Shown here: positions 10,981 to 19,684 of the stretch, in pieces
How positions within the stretch are numbered: the stretch's first letter is position 1
How the letters are laid out: every line of letters begins with the position of its first letter
Assembly (NCBI RefSeq): GCF_019464535.1
Contig: NZ_CP080507.1
Coordinates: 1,320,001 to 1,352,000 of the forward strand
From: Horticoccus luteus
GTDB taxonomy: Bacteria; Verrucomicrobiota; Verrucomicrobiia; Opitutales; Opitutaceae
Direction of reading: 5' to 3'
DNA: 32,000 bases
Notes under the pieces: generated by a model
Told to the model about the DNA's origin: nothing
Database searches by the model: none
What the model saw: only the letters and a program-made list of their open reading frames with translations
Translations under genes and position numbers: made by a program

Positions 10981-11985
10981 TTACGCGGAGACGTGCGGGA
11001 GGGCGGCGCCGCGCACCTGCGGCCAGCGGACGTGGGGAATCGCGGCGCCGAGATGTTGGACGCATTCGGCGCCGAGGATGGAGGCCACCGCACCCGCGTG
11101 GGCGAGCGAGGCGCCGCGCAGGTGGCCGTAGAGGAAACCAGCCGCCCAGGCATCGCCGGCGCCGGTGGTATCGACGACGCGGGAGACGGTCACGGGTGCG
11201 ACGCGGTGAAGGGTGTCGCGTTGCGCGAGCCACGCGCCGTCCTTGCCCAGCTTGACGGCGGCGATGCCACCGAATGCGGCGAGCTCGCGGGCGAAGTTGG
11301 CATAGTCGTCGGTGCGATCGAACAAGGCGGAGGCTTCGTCTTCGTTGGCGAAGACGATATCCACGCCGAGGCGGAGTTGCGCAAAGATCCAATCGCGGGC
11401 GGCTTTGACGACTTCGAAGGACGCGAGGTCGATGCTGATCGTGCAACCGGCGGCGCGGGCGGAGGTGATGACCTGCTCGGCGAGGGCGGGGTTGAAGAGG
11501 AGGTAGCCTTCGATGTGGGCGTGGCGAGCGCCCTGGAAATCGGCGGGGCTGATTTCGGCGGGGCTCAACGTCATCGCGGCGCCGAGGTGGGTGCGCATGG
11601 TGCGCTGGCCATCGGGGGTGACGAGAGAGAGGCAGCGGCCGTGGGGCAGCGTGGCGCGTTTGACGTGCGAGCTGTCGGTGCCGGCGGCGGCGACGAATTC
11701 GAGGTATTGGGCGGCGGTGGGATCGCTGCCGACTTTGCCGACGTAGGAGGTGCGGAGGCCGAGTTGCGCGGCGGAGAGGATGGTGTTGGCCGCCGAGCCG
11801 CCGGGGGCGATGGCGAGGGCGCCGTCGAGCGTGCGCACGAGGCCGGCGAGGTCGGCATCGTCGACGAGGACCATGCCGCCTTTGTCGCCGGGGACGTGTT
11901 GCGTAAGGAAGGACTCGGGAACGTGCGCGAGCAGATCCATGATGGGATTGCCGACGCCGACGAGATCGAAGGTGGAGTGGGACAT
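10981..11985 (-). CDS. PfkB-family carbohydrate/nucleoside kinase
   Basis: GGSAANT near the N-terminus and the C-terminal DTTGAGDAWAAGFLYG PfkB signature. Start at the ATG at 11985 (MSHSTFDLVGVGNPIMD...). Substrate unknown. Confidence 0.85.
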   Translation of the reverse strand: MSHSTFDLVGVGNPIMDLLAHVPESFLTQHVPGDKGGMVLVDDADLAGLVRTLDGALAIAPGGSAANTILSAAQLGLRTSYVGKVGSDPTAAQYLEFVAAAGTDSSHVKRATLPHGRCLSLVTPDGQRTMRTHLGAAMTLSPAEISPADFQGARHAHIEGYLLFNPALAEQVITSARAAGCTISIDLASFEVVKAARDWIFAQLRLGVDIVFANEDEASALFDRTDDYANFARELAAFGGIAAVKLGKDGAWLAQRDTLHRVAPVTVSRVVDTTGAGDAWAAGFLYGHLRGASLAHAGAVASILGAECVQHLGAAIPHVRWPQVRGAALPHVSA

Positions 11986-11998
11986 GAAGGGAGGTGGC

Positions 11999-12382
11999 TC
12001 AGGCGACGAGGTTGAGGCGGGGGGCGAGAAGTGGTTCGTCATCCACCTCGATCAGGATGGAATACTCGCCGGGCACAGGGAACGACAGCTTCACCATTTC
12101 ATTGATGATGTTGATGTGATCGAGCGGGCTGTGGGAGGTGAAGGAGCGTTGAATGAGCGGCTGAAGTTCGGTGGGATCGCGGCCGATGGAGATGCGCAAC
12201 TGGTGTTCGCCGGCGGCGACATCGGTGAGCGTGAGAAACCAGACCATGAAGGGATGCACGGCGGGATAACGAGCGGCGCGGATATTGGAGAAGGCGCCAA
12301 TGAGGGTGTGTTTGCCGGTGGTGCGATCGATGTGCACGCCATCGCAGGTGAGCCAGACGAGGAGCTGCGGCTTGGAGTGCAT
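11999..12382 (-). CDS. Small hypothetical protein (127 aa), possibly DUF6941-like
   Basis: ATG at 12382 (MHSKPQLLVWLTCDGVHIDRTTGKHTLIGAFSNI...). Balanced composition, and its stop is 13 nt upstream of the PfkB start. The family resemblance is from memory only. Confidence 0.55.
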   Translation of the reverse strand: MHSKPQLLVWLTCDGVHIDRTTGKHTLIGAFSNIRAARYPAVHPFMVWFLTLTDVAAGEHQLRISIGRDPTELQPLIQRSFTSHSPLDHINIINEMVKLSFPVPGEYSILIEVDDEPLLAPRLNLVA

Positions 12383-12467
12383 GAGGGCGGAAAGTGGGGC
12401 GTTGGCGGAGGGGCGGCGCAACTCATTTTGCTTGGAGGCGGGCGCGGGGCGCGATCATGCTGGGAGG

Positions 12468-12674
12468 GTGAACCCGCTGTTTTCCACTGCCACCCATGCC
12501 GCGGCGGAGAGTCCGGCGGATCTGCCGCCGTGGGTGATTGCGATCGGCGCGGTGTTGGTGGCGATCGTGGGGGTGTGGCTGCTCGCGAAGGTGTTGAAGT
12601 GGGTGTTTTACTTCGTGCTGGCGGCAGCGGTGCTCGCGGGGGCGGCGGGGGTGATCTGGCTGGTGCTGCGCTGA
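12468..12674 (+). CDS. Possible small two-TM membrane protein
   Basis: The tail of track ORF 12285..12674 reads ...PPWVIAIGAVLVAIVGVWLLAKVLKWVFYFVLAAAVLAGAAGVIWLVLR, two clear hydrophobic helices. The only in-frame starts are GTGs at 12468 and 12534, so both the start and the existence of the gene are uncertain. Confidence 0.35.
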   Translation: MNPLFSTATHAAAESPADLPPWVIAIGAVLVAIVGVWLLAKVLKWVFYFVLAAAVLAGAAGVIWLVLR

Positions 12675-12745
12675 GCAAGGGGCGGGGCGCAGGGCGTGGT
12701 GGCGTTTTGATTTGAGGATGCGGGCGAGCTGCGCTCACTCGGCAG

Positions 12746-13687
12746 ATGGCAAAGTGGCTGCTTGTGGACGGATTTAATCTGGCGTATCGGTGTTTTCATG
12801 CGTTGCCGGAGCTGACGCGCGCGGACGGATTTCCGACCGGGGCACTGCACGGCTGGGTGAAGTCGTTGTGGAAGCTGATCGACCAGGAAAAGCCGGGTGC
12901 GACGCTGGTGTTCTTCGACCTCGGGGAGTCGGCGGATCGGATCGCGTTGCACGCGGACTACAAAGCGCAACGCAAGCCGATGCCGGACCCGTTGCGGCAG
13001 CAAATTGAGCCGATCAAGGCGCTGACGCGGGCGATGGGCCTGGCGGGGATCGAGGAGCACGGCGTGGAGAGCGACGACTTGCTGGCGGCGGAGGCGGTGA
13101 AGCTGGCCGCGGCGGGACACGACGTGGTGATCGTGAGCAGCGACAAGGATTTTGCGCAGATCGTGGGCGGGAAGATCACGATCATGCTGCCACCGCCATC
13201 GGCGAATCCGAAGCTGGGCTGGCGGCGGCTGGATGCGGCGGGCGTGCAGGAAAAGTTCGGGGTGCCGCCGGCGCAAATCGCGCACTACCTCGCACTCGTG
13301 GGCGATACGTCCGACAACATTCCCGGACTGGACGGAGTGGGCCCGAAGACCGCGGCGAAATGGCTCGCGGAGTGCGGCGGGAGCGTGGAGTGCGTGATTG
13401 AAAAAGCGGCCGAGCTGAAGCCGGAGCGCTTTCGCGCGGCCGTGGCCGAGCAGGCGGAGCGGCTGCGATTGAACCTGAAGCTGACGACCTTGAATCTCGC
13501 GCTGCCGGAGGTGAAACCAGAATGGCGGACGCCGGATCCGCAGGAGTTGTTCAAGCTGCTCGACGGTTTCGAAATGCGGTCAACGGCGGCGGAAGCGAGG
13601 AAGCGTTACGCGGATGCGAGCGGGAGCCCGGGCACGGTCGCGGTGCCCACACCGCCGTCAGCCGCGATGCAAGGCGAGCTGTTTTGA
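12746..13687 (+). CDS. Standalone 5'-3' exonuclease / flap endonuclease (Pol I N-terminal domain homologue)
   Basis: LVDGFNLAYRCFHA, ADYKAQR, ESDDLLAA, VSSDKDFAQIV and LVGDTSDNIPGLDGVGPKTAAKWL match the FEN/5'-3' exonuclease family. At 313 aa there is no polymerase domain. Confidence 0.88.
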   Translation: MAKWLLVDGFNLAYRCFHALPELTRADGFPTGALHGWVKSLWKLIDQEKPGATLVFFDLGESADRIALHADYKAQRKPMPDPLRQQIEPIKALTRAMGLAGIEEHGVESDDLLAAEAVKLAAAGHDVVIVSSDKDFAQIVGGKITIMLPPPSANPKLGWRRLDAAGVQEKFGVPPAQIAHYLALVGDTSDNIPGLDGVGPKTAAKWLAECGGSVECVIEKAAELKPERFRAAVAEQAERLRLNLKLTTLNLALPEVKPEWRTPDPQELFKLLDGFEMRSTAAEARKRYADASGSPGTVAVPTPPSAAMQGELF

Positions 13688-13726
13688 GCGACGACAGCGG
13701 GCGCGAGGCGCGCGACACGGCGAGGG

Positions 13727-14518
13727 TTACTCGCGGCCTTCGGAAGAAACGCCGCTGGGATCAAAAATGTAGCCGATGCCGTGGACGGTGCGGAAGGCGT
13801 CGAGGGAAGCGTCGTGGCTCTTGTAGAGCTCGCGCACTTTCACGATGTATTGGTCCAAGGATCGGCTGCGGATGTCGGCGTGAATACCCCAGACGGCGTG
13901 GATGAGCGCCTTGCGGGTGATCACGACGCCGGGCCGGCTGTAAAGGTAGGAAAGGATGCCAAGTTCTTTGCGACCGATTTTTTCGATGGCGCCGCCGGGG
14001 AAGGAAATTTCAAGGCGCTCGGGCGTGATGGTGGCGCCGCAGAACTCGAAAGGTTGGTCGCTGACGCGGACGTTTTTGGTGACGTTTTGATCGCCGACGG
14101 ATTCGGCGCGCCGAAGGACGGCGCGGATGCGGGCGATGAGCTCGGCGTAGCTGAAGGGTTTCGTGATGTAGTCATCGCCGCCCATCTCGAGGCCCTTGAT
14201 CTTGGCGTTCTCCTCGATGTTGCCGGTGACGAAAATCGTGGGCACGGAAATATCGTTCGCCTTGAGCTCTTCGAGCAGGGCGAAACCGGACTGGTCGGGC
14301 AGGCTGATGTCGAGGAGCAGGAGGTTCGCGAAATTACGTTTGAGGTAACGCAGCGCATGCTCGGCGCGGTTGCAGATCTGCGTCTGCATGCCGGCTTCCT
14401 GCAAGTGCACCGCGAGCACGGTGGCGAGATCCTCCTCATCTTCGACGACCACGATCAAAGGTTGAGGGGCCGCCCGGGGGGGCGAGGAAACGGAGGGATC
14501 GGCTGGCTGACTCGGCAT
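13727..14518 (-). CDS. OmpR-family response regulator (receiver plus winged-helix domains)
   Basis: VVVEDEEDL, LLLLDISLPDQSG and KPF receiver motifs, with a C-terminal Trans_reg_C-like domain (...FRTVHGIGYIF). Start is taken at the ATG at 14518, with a Pro/Ser-rich N-terminal tail. No histidine kinase gene is adjacent. Confidence 0.85.
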   Translation of the reverse strand: MPSQPADPSVSSPPRAAPQPLIVVVEDEEDLATVLAVHLQEAGMQTQICNRAEHALRYLKRNFANLLLLDISLPDQSGFALLEELKANDISVPTIFVTGNIEENAKIKGLEMGGDDYITKPFSYAELIARIRAVLRRAESVGDQNVTKNVRVSDQPFEFCGATITPERLEISFPGGAIEKIGRKELGILSYLYSRPGVVITRKALIHAVWGIHADIRSRSLDQYIVKVRELYKSHDASLDAFRTVHGIGYIFDPSGVSSEGRE

Positions 14519-14652
14519 AGGACGCGTTGCGGGCGGGCCTACTAACGTTCGCCGGCGGGAGGTTGTCAAAGCCAACTGAGGCGGGTGTGCGCCGGCGAAG
14601 AGGAGTTTCGCCGCGCCGCGGGTGACAGTAAGCAGTTACGAGGCGAAAGGAT

Positions 14653-14678
14653 GACGCGGCGGGCGCAGCCCGCGGCGC
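14653..14678 (-). terminator. Possible GC-rich hairpin terminator after ybeY
   Basis: Immediately after the ybeY stop on the minus strand: GCGCCGCGGGC-tgc-GCCCGCCGCG (9 pairs with one mismatch), followed by CATCCTTTCGCC. The T tract is weak. Confidence 0.3.
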
Positions 14679-15152
14679 TCAGATGTGAAACGGCGGCACG
14701 CCGACGGTGGCGATCAGTTGCAGCGCGCGCGCTTCGGCACGGCGCATCGCGCGTTTTTTGACGGGCTCAAGATCGTCATAGCCCGCGAGGTGGAGCCAGC
14801 CGTGAACGACGTAGAGGGTGAGCTCGGTCGCGAAGTCGCGGCGGTGGGCACGGGCGTAGCGCGCGGCGGTGTCGACGGACACGCAGACCTCGCCGGCGAG
14901 CCCGACGGCGGCGTCGCCTTCGAAGGTGATGACGTCGGTCGTAGTCGGATCGGCGAGAAAGTCGGCGTGGAGCCGGGCGAGGGCGGTGTCGGTGAGAAAG
15001 ACGAGCGACAATTCTCCGGGCGGGCAGCCGCCACGGAAGCGTGCGGCGTGGCGATCAAGGATGGCGAGCGCGCGGGTGAGTTCGCGCCGCGGCACGCGCA
15101 GGCGGGGATAACGGTTGGCAATGGCGAGGGTGCGCGGGTCCACGAGGATCAC
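14679..15152 (-). CDS. ybeY: Endoribonuclease YbeY (rRNA maturation factor)
   Basis: The C-terminal part of track ORF 14679..15728 carries HGWLHLAGYDD, the YbeY H-x3-H-x5-(H) zinc motif with the last ligand Asp. The start is inferred at the GTG at 15152, which overlaps the pgpH stop as GTGA. The Arg-rich upstream part of the track ORF lies inside pgpH and was rejected. Confidence 0.8.
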   Translation of the reverse strand: MILVDPRTLAIANRYPRLRVPRRELTRALAILDRHAARFRGGCPPGELSLVFLTDTALARLHADFLADPTTTDVITFEGDAAVGLAGEVCVSVDTAARYARAHRRDFATELTLYVVHGWLHLAGYDDLEPVKKRAMRRAEARALQLIATVGVPPFHI

Positions 15153-17476
15153 GCCTTGACGGGGAACGGCGCGGGCGTGGCGGCCGGGTAGGCGATGCGA
15201 CCGTGGAGCATGTTGAGCAGCGTCTCGATAAAGCTCTCTTTGATGCGCGCGATTTCGGCGAACGTCAGGGGCGCCTCGTCGAGCTGACCTTCGGCGATAC
15301 GGTCGCGGACGATGTGATCGATGAGCTGGGTCAACTGGTCGGCGGTGGCCTGCCGGAGGGAGCGCGAGGCGGCCTCGACGCCGTCGGCGAGGGAGATGAC
15401 GGCGCATTCCTTGAATTGCGGAAGCGGGCCGTCGTAGCGGAATTCCTCCTCGGCGGGCGCGGCGGCGGCGCGGGCGGAGGAGGCGGTGCGGGCGCGTTCG
15501 TAGAAGAAACGCACGAGCGTGGTGCCGTGGTGTTGCTCGATGACATCGCGGACGGCGCGGGGCAGGTGGTGCTTTTGCGCGAGTTCGAGGCCTTGGGAAA
15601 CGTGCTGCTTGATGATGCGCGCCGAGGCGACGGGGTCGTGATGATCGTGGGGGTTGCCGCGGTCGCGCTGGTTCTCGGAAAAATACAGCGGGTGCAGGAC
15701 CTTGCCGATATCGTGAAAGAGTGCGCACACGCGGGCGAGGAGGGGATTGGCGCCGATCGCGCTGCAGGCGTTTTCGGCGAGTTGGGCGACGATGAGCGAG
15801 TGATGATACGTGCCGGGGGCCTCGAGCTGCATGCGCCGGAGCAGCGGGTGATTGTAGTCGGTGAGTTCGAGGAGGGTGATGTCCGTCGTGCGTTTGAACA
15901 ACGATTCGAGCACGGGCAACAAGCCAACCACGGCGATGCCGGTGAGCAGGCCGGTGACGAGGCCCGCGCCCATCTGGCGGCCGAGCGTTTCGATCGGCAC
16001 CTGGTCGGCGATGCCGATCAGCGCGGCGAACGCGGCGACGGTCAGGCCGCCGGCGCCGGCGGCGCGGACGACGCGCCCGCGGCGGTGGGCATCGCGGCTG
16101 CTGAAGATGGCGACCAGCGAGGCGAGAAACGTCAGCACGAGGAGGTCGAGCCGGTTGCCGTAGATGACGCCGGTGAAAATCGAGATCAGCAGCGCCATGA
16201 AGATAGCGGAGCCGGCGTCGATGAGGATGGCGACAATCAGCGGGGCAAAGGCGGTGGGCGCGATGTAGGGCAGCGTCGAGGCCCAGGAACCATCGCTCAC
16301 GAAAAACGCGACGCCGCCGATCGAGTAAACGGCGCGCACGAGGGCGAGGTTGAGGATGACGACGAGCGCGAGGAGGCCGAGGCGCACGTTGCTTTGCAGC
16401 GTCTCAGGATCTTCGAGACGGATGTAGATGATGGAGGCCAGCACCATCGCGAGCACGAGGAGCACGCGGCCGAAGAGGGCGAGGCCTTCGTTCCAATCGA
16501 CGTCGCCGTGATCGAGGAGGTATTTGCGATACGCGCCGAACATCTCGTATTCGGCCGGGGTGACGCGTTCGCCGGATTCGATGATGGTTTGACCGGCGGC
16601 GACGTGGACGACGATGGGCTTGAGGTTGCGCGCGGCTTCGGCCTGGCGGCGTTCGGTGGCGGCGCGGTCGAAGAGGAGGTTGGGCGCGATGCCGTTGCGG
16701 AAAAACCGAAACAGCGCCTGGGAAACGGGGCGCGAAACGCCGTCGGCGGCGAGGCTGACGCGGAGGAACGTGAGCGCGTCTTCGAGCGACTGGGTGGGGC
16801 GCAAGGTGACATCACCGCCGGGGCGGACGACTTCGAAGAGCGCGCCGGCGCCGTTGACGCCGCCGCCGAGCGAGCTGTCGTGCACGCCTTCGGCATAGAT
16901 GTCGCGCACGGCGGCGAGGCCGCTTTCGAAGAGTTGCGTGCGTTGGTGGATGTTGGTGCCGGAGAGTATGCGGCCGGCGTCTTCGAGCGAAACGCGATAC
17001 GAGCCGCGACTGTTAAAAGCGTCGACGATGCCGGCGAGGGCGGACTGGCGGTCGCCGATCATGGGAGCGCCGGGCGGGCGTTCGGCATCGAAGCGGTTGA
17101 GTTGGGCGAGAAAATCGCGGGCGGCGGCGTCGAACTGGCGGGCCGGCTCGTCGGTCAGGCGGTAGACGGGGGGAATGCGGGCTGCGAAGGCATCGCGGGC
17201 GGCGCGGGTCTGCTCGGCGCTGATGTAGTCGAAAGGCGCGCTGGCAACGATGCGTGTCGTCGCGAGTTGGTTGGGCAGCACCGCTACGTGCAGCGTGCTC
17301 ATGCCGACAGAGCTGATCAGCACGATCGATCCGACGGTGACGAGAAAGATGACGATGGCGATGAGCCGGCTGCGATCGAGGAAATCGCGCGCGAGAGAGG
17401 CGGCGGAGGTGCCGCGACGGGGAGGACCTTGCCGGAGGCCGCCGAGGAGAAGGGTGAGTTGATCGCGAAACGACAT
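15149..17476 (-). CDS. pgpH: 7TM-receptor HD-domain phosphohydrolase (PgpH/YqfF family)
   Basis: 775 aa: an N-terminal anchor and extracytoplasmic region, a block of about 7 TM helices, then an HD domain (HHSLIVAQLAENA..., LFHDIGK, EQHHGTT). It occupies the classical position between phoH and ybeY. Confidence 0.88.
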   Translation of the reverse strand: MSFRDQLTLLLGGLRQGPPRRGTSAASLARDFLDRSRLIAIVIFLVTVGSIVLISSVGMSTLHVAVLPNQLATTRIVASAPFDYISAEQTRAARDAFAARIPPVYRLTDEPARQFDAAARDFLAQLNRFDAERPPGAPMIGDRQSALAGIVDAFNSRGSYRVSLEDAGRILSGTNIHQRTQLFESGLAAVRDIYAEGVHDSSLGGGVNGAGALFEVVRPGGDVTLRPTQSLEDALTFLRVSLAADGVSRPVSQALFRFFRNGIAPNLLFDRAATERRQAEAARNLKPIVVHVAAGQTIIESGERVTPAEYEMFGAYRKYLLDHGDVDWNEGLALFGRVLLVLAMVLASIIYIRLEDPETLQSNVRLGLLALVVILNLALVRAVYSIGGVAFFVSDGSWASTLPYIAPTAFAPLIVAILIDAGSAIFMALLISIFTGVIYGNRLDLLVLTFLASLVAIFSSRDAHRRGRVVRAAGAGGLTVAAFAALIGIADQVPIETLGRQMGAGLVTGLLTGIAVVGLLPVLESLFKRTTDITLLELTDYNHPLLRRMQLEAPGTYHHSLIVAQLAENACSAIGANPLLARVCALFHDIGKVLHPLYFSENQRDRGNPHDHHDPVASARIIKQHVSQGLELAQKHHLPRAVRDVIEQHHGTTLVRFFYERARTASSARAAAAPAEEEFRYDGPLPQFKECAVISLADGVEAASRSLRQATADQLTQLIDHIVRDRIAEGQLDEAPLTFAEIARIKESFIETLLNMLHGRIAYPAATPAPFPVKA

Positions 17477-17484
17477 GGCGCGCG

Positions 17485-18459
17485 TCAGGCGGAGGGCGGC
17501 TCGCCCGCGGGGTTTTTGTAGCGTTCGTAAGCCTCGATGATGCGTTGCACGAGCGGATGGCGCACAACGTCGCTGCCGCCAAAGGTGTGAAAGACAATGT
17601 CGGGCACATCGCGGAGGATGTGGCGCACTTCGATGAGGCCGCTTTGCTTGGACCGCGGGAGATCGACCTGCGTGACGTCGCCGGTGATGACCATGCGCGA
17701 ATCTTCGCCGAGGCGCGTGAGAAACATCATCATCTGCTCGGGCGTGGTGTTTTGGGCTTCGTCGAGAATGACGAAGGCGTGCGAGAGCGTGCGGCCGCGC
17801 ATGTAGGCGAGGGGCGCGATTTCGATGATGCCCTTCTCGGTGAGCTTCGTGACCTCATCGGGCTCGAGCATGTCGTGCAACGCGTCGTAGAGCGGGCGCA
17901 GGTAGGGGAGGATTTTTTCGCGGAGGTCGCCGGGGAGAAAGCCGAGGGCTTCGCCGGCTTCGACGGCGGGGCGCGTGAGGATGATGCGTTGCACCTCGTT
18001 TTTCAGGAGCGCCGAGACGGCGGCCGCCATCGCGAGGTAGGTTTTGCCGGTGCCAGCGGGGCCGATGCCGAAGACCACGGGGTGGCGGAGCACCGATTGA
18101 AGATAGAGTTTCTGGCCGAGGGTTTTCGGCACGATGGTCCGGCGATGCGTGGCGAGGACGACCGGGTCGGAAAACAGCGAGCGCCACTGGTCGCCTTCCC
18201 CACGGGCGAAGGCGTCGGTGATGCGCACGAAGTCGGAGTTGCGAATCGACATGCCTTGGTGGCGGGCTTCGTCGAGAAACGCGAAGAGGGCTTCGGTCTT
18301 CGCAACGGCGGCGGCGGCGCCTTCGATCTTCAACCACGTTTCGCGCGAAACGAGTTTCACGTCGAAGGCGCGTTCGACGTAGGCCAGATTGGCGTCGCGC
18401 CCGGCGTAAAGTTGGTGGAGGTGACGCGGGCTGGGGTAGTGAAGTGTTTTGGCGGACAT
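17485..18459 (-). CDS. phoH: PhoH-family ATPase
   Basis: Walker A GPAGTGKTY and ILDEAQNTTPEQMMMFLTRLG. The start is trimmed to the ATG at 18459 (MSAKTLHYPSP...), 2 nt after the HIT gene stop. Confidence 0.9.
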   Translation of the reverse strand: MSAKTLHYPSPRHLHQLYAGRDANLAYVERAFDVKLVSRETWLKIEGAAAAVAKTEALFAFLDEARHQGMSIRNSDFVRITDAFARGEGDQWRSLFSDPVVLATHRRTIVPKTLGQKLYLQSVLRHPVVFGIGPAGTGKTYLAMAAAVSALLKNEVQRIILTRPAVEAGEALGFLPGDLREKILPYLRPLYDALHDMLEPDEVTKLTEKGIIEIAPLAYMRGRTLSHAFVILDEAQNTTPEQMMMFLTRLGEDSRMVITGDVTQVDLPRSKQSGLIEVRHILRDVPDIVFHTFGGSDVVRHPLVQRIIEAYERYKNPAGEPPSA

Positions 18460-18461
18460 GA

Positions 18462-18959
18462 TCAGCGCGGGGCGAGAGTGCGGGCAGCGGCGGCGAGTTT
18501 TTCCCACGTTGCCTCAAGCGCTTGCGGCAGGATGCGGGTCTGGCCGATGACGGGCATGAAATTATTGTCGCCCTGCCAGCGGGGCACGATGTGGCCATGC
18601 AGGTGGGCAATGCTGCCGCCGGCGACGTTGTGGCCGAGGTTGAAGCCGATGTTGAAACCGTCGGGTTGCAGGGCGGCGCGGAGAATTTGCTGCCCGAAGA
18701 TGATGATCTCCATCAGATCGGCGCGTTCGGTGCGGTCGAGCGCCTCGAGTTCGATGACCTCGCGGAACGGCACGGCGAGCAGATGACCGGGGTTGTAAGG
18801 AAAGCGGTTGAGAATCAAGAACGAGGCGGGACTGCGATGGACGATAAGCGCCGCCCGGTCGTCGCCGAGAGCCGGGAGCTCGGTGAAGGGCTTTTTCACG
18901 TCCGGATAGCGCGGAGCTTCAATATACTCCATGCGCCAATGAGGGTGCAGCTGCTGCAT
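18462..18959 (-). CDS. HIT-family nucleotide hydrolase/transferase
   Basis: Histidine triad HLHGHIVPRW and LILNRFPYNPGHLLAVP. Start at the ATG at 18959 (MQQLHPHWRMEYIE...). The upstream part of the track ORF is Arg-rich junk. Confidence 0.85.
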   Translation of the reverse strand: MQQLHPHWRMEYIEAPRYPDVKKPFTELPALGDDRAALIVHRSPASFLILNRFPYNPGHLLAVPFREVIELEALDRTERADLMEIIIFGQQILRAALQPDGFNIGFNLGHNVAGGSIAHLHGHIVPRWQGDNNFMPVIGQTRILPQALEATWEKLAAAARTLAPR

Positions 18960-19062
18960 GAGGAGGGCGGAGCAAACACCGCGTCGGGAGGAAATGCAAA
19001 GGGAAAGCCGGGCGCGGCGGCGAGCGCGCCGCCGACGCGAAAAAATCCCGCTTGCGCATGGT

Positions 19063-19076
19063 ATGACGAGCGTCAT
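19063..19076. promoter_or_regulatory. Perfect 6-2-6 palindrome ATGACG-AG-CGTCAT, candidate TetR operator
   Basis: Seen directly in the sequence. It lies 10 nt upstream of the TetR ATG, within the HIT/TetR divergent intergenic region. Its function is inferred only from its position and dyad symmetry. Confidence 0.35.
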
Positions 19077-19085
19077 GTTAACGCG

Positions 19086-19670
19086 ATGCGCTACCCGGCC
19101 GCCCACAAGGTGACGACGCGCCGCCGGATCGTCTCGGCGGCGAGCGCGGCATTTCGCGAGCACGGGCTGGAGCGGACGGGGGTGGACGAAGTGATGCGCC
19201 GGGCGGGGCTCACGCATGGAGGCTTTTACGCGCATTTTCGCGACAAGTCGGAGCTGGTGGCCGAAGCGTGCACAGAAGCCTTTGAGGGGGCGGTGGTAAA
19301 TTTAGAGCGCATCGCCGCGCAGCCGACGCCGGCGCGACGGGCGCGGGTGCTCATCGACAGCTACTTGTCGCGGCACCATCGCGACAACCGCGGCTCGGGT
19401 TGCCTCGTCGTCGCGGTGGCGACGGATGTGGGGCGTTTGACGGGCTCGGCGCGCAGCAGCTACGCGCGCGGTTTTGCGCGGCATTTGGAGCGACTGGCGG
19501 CGGCGTTGCGGTTGAGCGACGATCCGGCGGTGAACCGCGATCGGGTGACCCATCTCATGAGTTCGCTGGTGGGCGCGTTACTTTTTGCCCGCGCGGCGGA
19601 CGAACCTGCCCGGAGCGATGCGTTGCTTGAATCGGCGCGCCGGGTGCTGCATCACGAATTCTGTCGCTGA
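19086..19670 (+). CDS. TetR/AcrR-family transcriptional regulator
   Basis: N-terminal HTH (RRRIVSAASAAFREHGLERTGVDEVMRRAGLTHGGFYAHFRDKSELV), 194 aa from the ATG at 19086. Its stop is 14 nt before fabF. Confidence 0.88.
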   Translation: MRYPAAHKVTTRRRIVSAASAAFREHGLERTGVDEVMRRAGLTHGGFYAHFRDKSELVAEACTEAFEGAVVNLERIAAQPTPARRARVLIDSYLSRHHRDNRGSGCLVVAVATDVGRLTGSARSSYARGFARHLERLAAALRLSDDPAVNRDRVTHLMSSLVGALLFARAADEPARSDALLESARRVLHHEFCR

Positions 19671-19684
19671 AAAAACCTACTTCT

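Noticed and set aside
14539-14569. A perfect -35 hexamer TTGACA (minus strand, 14569-14564) upstream of the response regulator gene, considered as a promoter.
   Set aside because: The best -10 candidates (TTAGTA or TAGTAG) match the consensus poorly, at a spacing of 18-19 nt. The promoter consensus for this lineage is unknown to me.
15153-15728. Arg/Pro-rich N-terminal extension of the track ORF containing ybeY. Analogous extensions occur on the cupin ORF (9462..10073), the HIT ORF (18960..19235) and the permease ORF (6137..6223).
   Set aside because: The extensions overlap well-supported upstream genes in another frame and have junk composition. Internal starts give proteins of family-typical length.
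19015-19046. 8-bp GC hairpin (CGGCGGCG-agcg-CGCCGCCG) next to an A6 run in the HIT/TetR divergent region, considered as a terminator.
   Set aside because: On the plus strand the hairpin is followed by A residues, and on the minus strand the T run precedes it. Neither orientation gives a stem followed by U residues, and no gene ends here.
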